From Lophium mytilinum (taxonomy: Eukaryota), in contig MU004185.1 in the NCBI GenBank assembly GCA_010093605.1, forward strand, positions 393,334 to 457,333: 64,000 bases of DNA, given 5' to 3'. Of the stretch, positions 61,216-64,000 are shown in pieces (within the stretch, counting starts at the first letter, position 1; each line of letters starts with the position of its first letter). The notes below the pieces were generated by a model. That model was not told the origin of the DNA, did no database searches, and saw only the letters and a program-made list of their open reading frames with translations. The translations under genes were made by a program, and so were the position numbers.

Positions 61216-63472
61216 ATTTGCGGTTTGTGTATTCTCTGCAGCTTCAGAATCGAATTAAGGTATTTGAAGAAACGTCTCAGTCTTGAATCGGTCCTTTGCC
61301 TGTTTCTCACGGAGTGTCAGGCTCAAATATAGACGCTAAGCTCCGCGAAGCCGATCCGCCTGGTCCAATCGCAACGGTTGCTTGATACTGCTTGGAAGCC
61401 GATATTTCTAGCCGCTCCAGCTTAGCCCTCAACCCCGCGATCAAGAGTGACGTTGTGGAGATAACTCGGGGTCTGCGGTGAGAAAAAGCACTACAGTGCG
61501 GTAGCTTGATTAGTTCTGGAGCGATTGTGGGGTAGAACATCCTAGCGTAGAGGCGTGGCGTGCACGTGACCTGATGCTTTTTAAGGTGAGCGATCATTGG
61601 CTAGTCTCGTAGAGATCAACCGAAAGAGGCATTGCTCTCAAATGGCTCGCGTTGTACCATACTAGCTTCATTCAAGCGAAAGTGGCATGGGATGTGATCA
61701 ACCTTGATTTTCAGCTTCAAACATGATAGTTAGTTGTATTGTCCCAGAAGTGCTTTGCGAGACAGTAGAAACTGTCGCGGTCTTGGATGACCCGACCTCC
61801 GGATCCCCTCACCAATTCAGAAACTTTCAGACTTCCACGAAGTGCGACAACAGGCCCACCCAAAAACTCTGCAGATTACTCAGAATTTTCACGTCCCATT
61901 TCGTTGCGATTCCTGGGGGTCCGCTGAGGTGCTTCGACAGTTGCAGGTGAGCGTAATTATCAGGCTTCAACGCGGCTCACTCCCGAGAAATGTGCCGACG
62001 GTCAGACAGTGCCGATATATTTCCCGAGCGTGGATCACCAGGGTTGGCCCCTCAACTCCCTCAGTTTTGCCTGTGAGCAGAGAGCTCAAGCATGGCGTCA
62101 AGGTCAATTTACCAACACGGTTGTAAGCAGGCGTTTGCAGGTTCCCTTGCCCTGCCTGAGCTGTACATTGCCTTCATCATCCTGCCACTCTATCCCACTC
62201 GCGCTCGTCCAACGGGATATACAGGCTTCCAGGTTGGAGGCGCTAGCATTTTTCGTAAGATCGGAGCATTTCGGCAAGACACGCGTGGTCCTCAATATCG
62301 TAGGCCTCGAGGGCGGCGTCTGGGTGTAATAAGTATCGGAGCGTCGAGTCTTGCGGGTGGCGGAGACATACCATCGGTCCGGTGGATTTGGTGACTCGCG
62401 AAGATAGAATAAATTGGGAAGAAGACCCTCAACTACCTGAGATACTCTCCAAAGCCCGATTCAAGGTCTAAATTTCCCGCGGGCTAAGGAATTTAGGTAG
62501 ATTGTCGCGTGTTGGTACTCGCAAGACTTGATCCAATGTTTCTTCAGGGGCTCTTTAGCTTTGTCAAGAAGGAGTACACAGGCCTATAGAAGGCATCCAC
62601 CCTTGATACAATTTCGGGTTTGAGAAGTTCACATACTTGAACCCAAATCGAGGCATTTCAGAAAGCGGCAAAGTAGTGTATATAGACTTATGGCGATGCA
62701 ATGTAAGTGAAAACTTACTTTTTAGGTATTTGGCGATATATGGCCTATGATCGTTAACTAGAGCTCCATTAGTATGCTTGGTAAATAGCAACAAAACGGG
62801 GTTGGCCCTTTCGCGTGCTTGCTGCAAAACAGCTAACTATCTGGCCTCGAGTAGGCGTCGACGATCTTCTCCGCATGGTTTGATAGCTCTGCGATACGTC
62901 GCAATGGTGCCACAGTTAGCGGGTTGGGTGAATGTTGGCATTTAGCCTGGCTTGGATGTTCTCGCTTTGTGGGTGCATCGTTTATGGTCCTTTTCCGTTG
63001 TAGAACAGATTTTTGAGAACTCGGCTTCTTTGGGGTTATGCAAGCCACAATTTGAGTATGATTGCCCTTAGTCTTCTTCTTTGGCGCCTCGAAGTCGCCA
63101 TGAGCGGGGGATTTGATGGCGGGGAAATAGTATCAAGGGAGTGAAAGAGCCCGAAAGAATGATATGAGGAAGATGATATACAGGAAATGAGCGTGTCTGC
63201 ATCTAGCGGATGGCAATAAAACCACCCTTGGATTCGACTCCGCGAATCCCAATGTAAGAGTCGACCTACGGTTCTCCCCGTTTCAATGCCCGTGGGGGTG
63301 TAAAGTATATATGTCAGTCTACGAGTTTCAGCCACCGAAGTAGCGCGTCTCGCCACTGGACAGTCGCGTTTTGGCAGGCCTCGGCAGTTTCTCTCCTCAT
63401 CTGTTCTGCAAACACCATCGAAAGTCGCATCGAAAATGCGCAATAAATCGTTCCTCCATATCTCCTAGCACA

Positions 63473-64000
63473 ATAACAGATGCTCATATTATTGCTCAGA
63501 CCTTCGGATTTACTGTCGACTTTGGACTCGTAGGAGTTCCTGTTTCTGATATAGCAGAACGAGCCATGAACCTGGGAATAAGATTCATCGGCTTCCGCAA
63601 CGAACAGGCCGCTGGCCATGCTGCCACTGCACATATATACTTGACTGGCAAGTCTGGAATACGTCTTGTCGTTCGGACCGGGCGTGCTCCACGCAATTGC
63701 AGGAGTAGGCAATTGTGGCTCCGCGTCTACGCGCTCGATACTGAATAGATTCCTGACTGGACTGAAAAGCCATATTGTCTAACTCTGGAATAGGTTGGGA
63801 ACTCATCAGCTGATTGCTTCCCTCTCTTACTTCTTGATGGTTCTGGTGAGACTTATCTTGTTGGCTAAGGCGACTTCTAGGAGCTCGATACTATATCCCT
63901 CCTCACACCCTACACAAAGCTCACAATACGACCGCCAAATCTCGCTGCTACACCCCAAACCATAGCAAATGCATACAGATGCTCAGGGTATGGAAGGCTA
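63473..64000 (+). pseudogene. 2-hydroxyacyl-CoA lyase / oxalyl-CoA decarboxylase-type ThDP enzyme pseudogene (runs off window)
   Basis: FGLVGVPVSDIAERAMNLGIRFIGFRNEQAA..YLTGK, a frameshift at the GPG motif, then FPLLLLDGSGETYLVG*GDF*ELDTISLLTPYTK...NAYR..YGR. No intact start; in-frame TAA and TAG. Confidence 0.8.

Noticed and set aside
61700..63400. Short ORFs between CYP53 and the HACL pseudogene
   Set aside because: No recognisable domain or coherent splice model; may be decayed sequence but unsupported.
59531..64000. Secondary-metabolite or aromatic-catabolism cluster around CYP53
   Set aside because: No backbone enzyme, transporter or regulator in view; the neighbouring lyase is a pseudogene.

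Overview
Eukaryotic genomic DNA from a filamentous ascomycete (GT-AG introns with CTRAC/CTAAY branch sites and strong RIP signatures; Dothideomycete-like is my impression, not proven). Bases 1-~7330 are an AT-rich RIP-destroyed block containing a Ty1/copia retroelement, a 155-bp tandem array and a second RIP-degraded ORF. The rest is gene-rich: MBL-fold hydrolase, FAS1 protein, DUF3807, CBS protein, PTC7-like PP2C, DUF3140, MEF2/Rlm1 MADS factor, peflin, F-box-like protein, REX1-type exonuclease, Mis18/Yippee-like protein, two hypotheticals, JAC1, YOS9, SDR, cytidine deaminase, CYP53 and a HACL pseudogene. Highlights: (1) a head-to-head pair of an intact HeLo-like/pseudokinase gene (MLKL-like architecture) and a canonical Ser/Thr kinase with a chimeric GAT-like + repeat C-terminus, resembling a two-gene necroptosis-like cell-death module whose kinase is inactivated here by three in-frame stops and a hAT MITE; (2) an intronic box C/D snoRNA with two guides complementary to U6 snRNA; (3) a Tc1/mariner MITE family with reciprocal filled and empty sites in a local duplication; (4) a ~10-unit ~185-bp degenerate non-coding array; (5) a perfect Rlm1 box in the rlm1 promoter. 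All calls come from manual reading with no database searches, and exon boundaries are hand-inferred.
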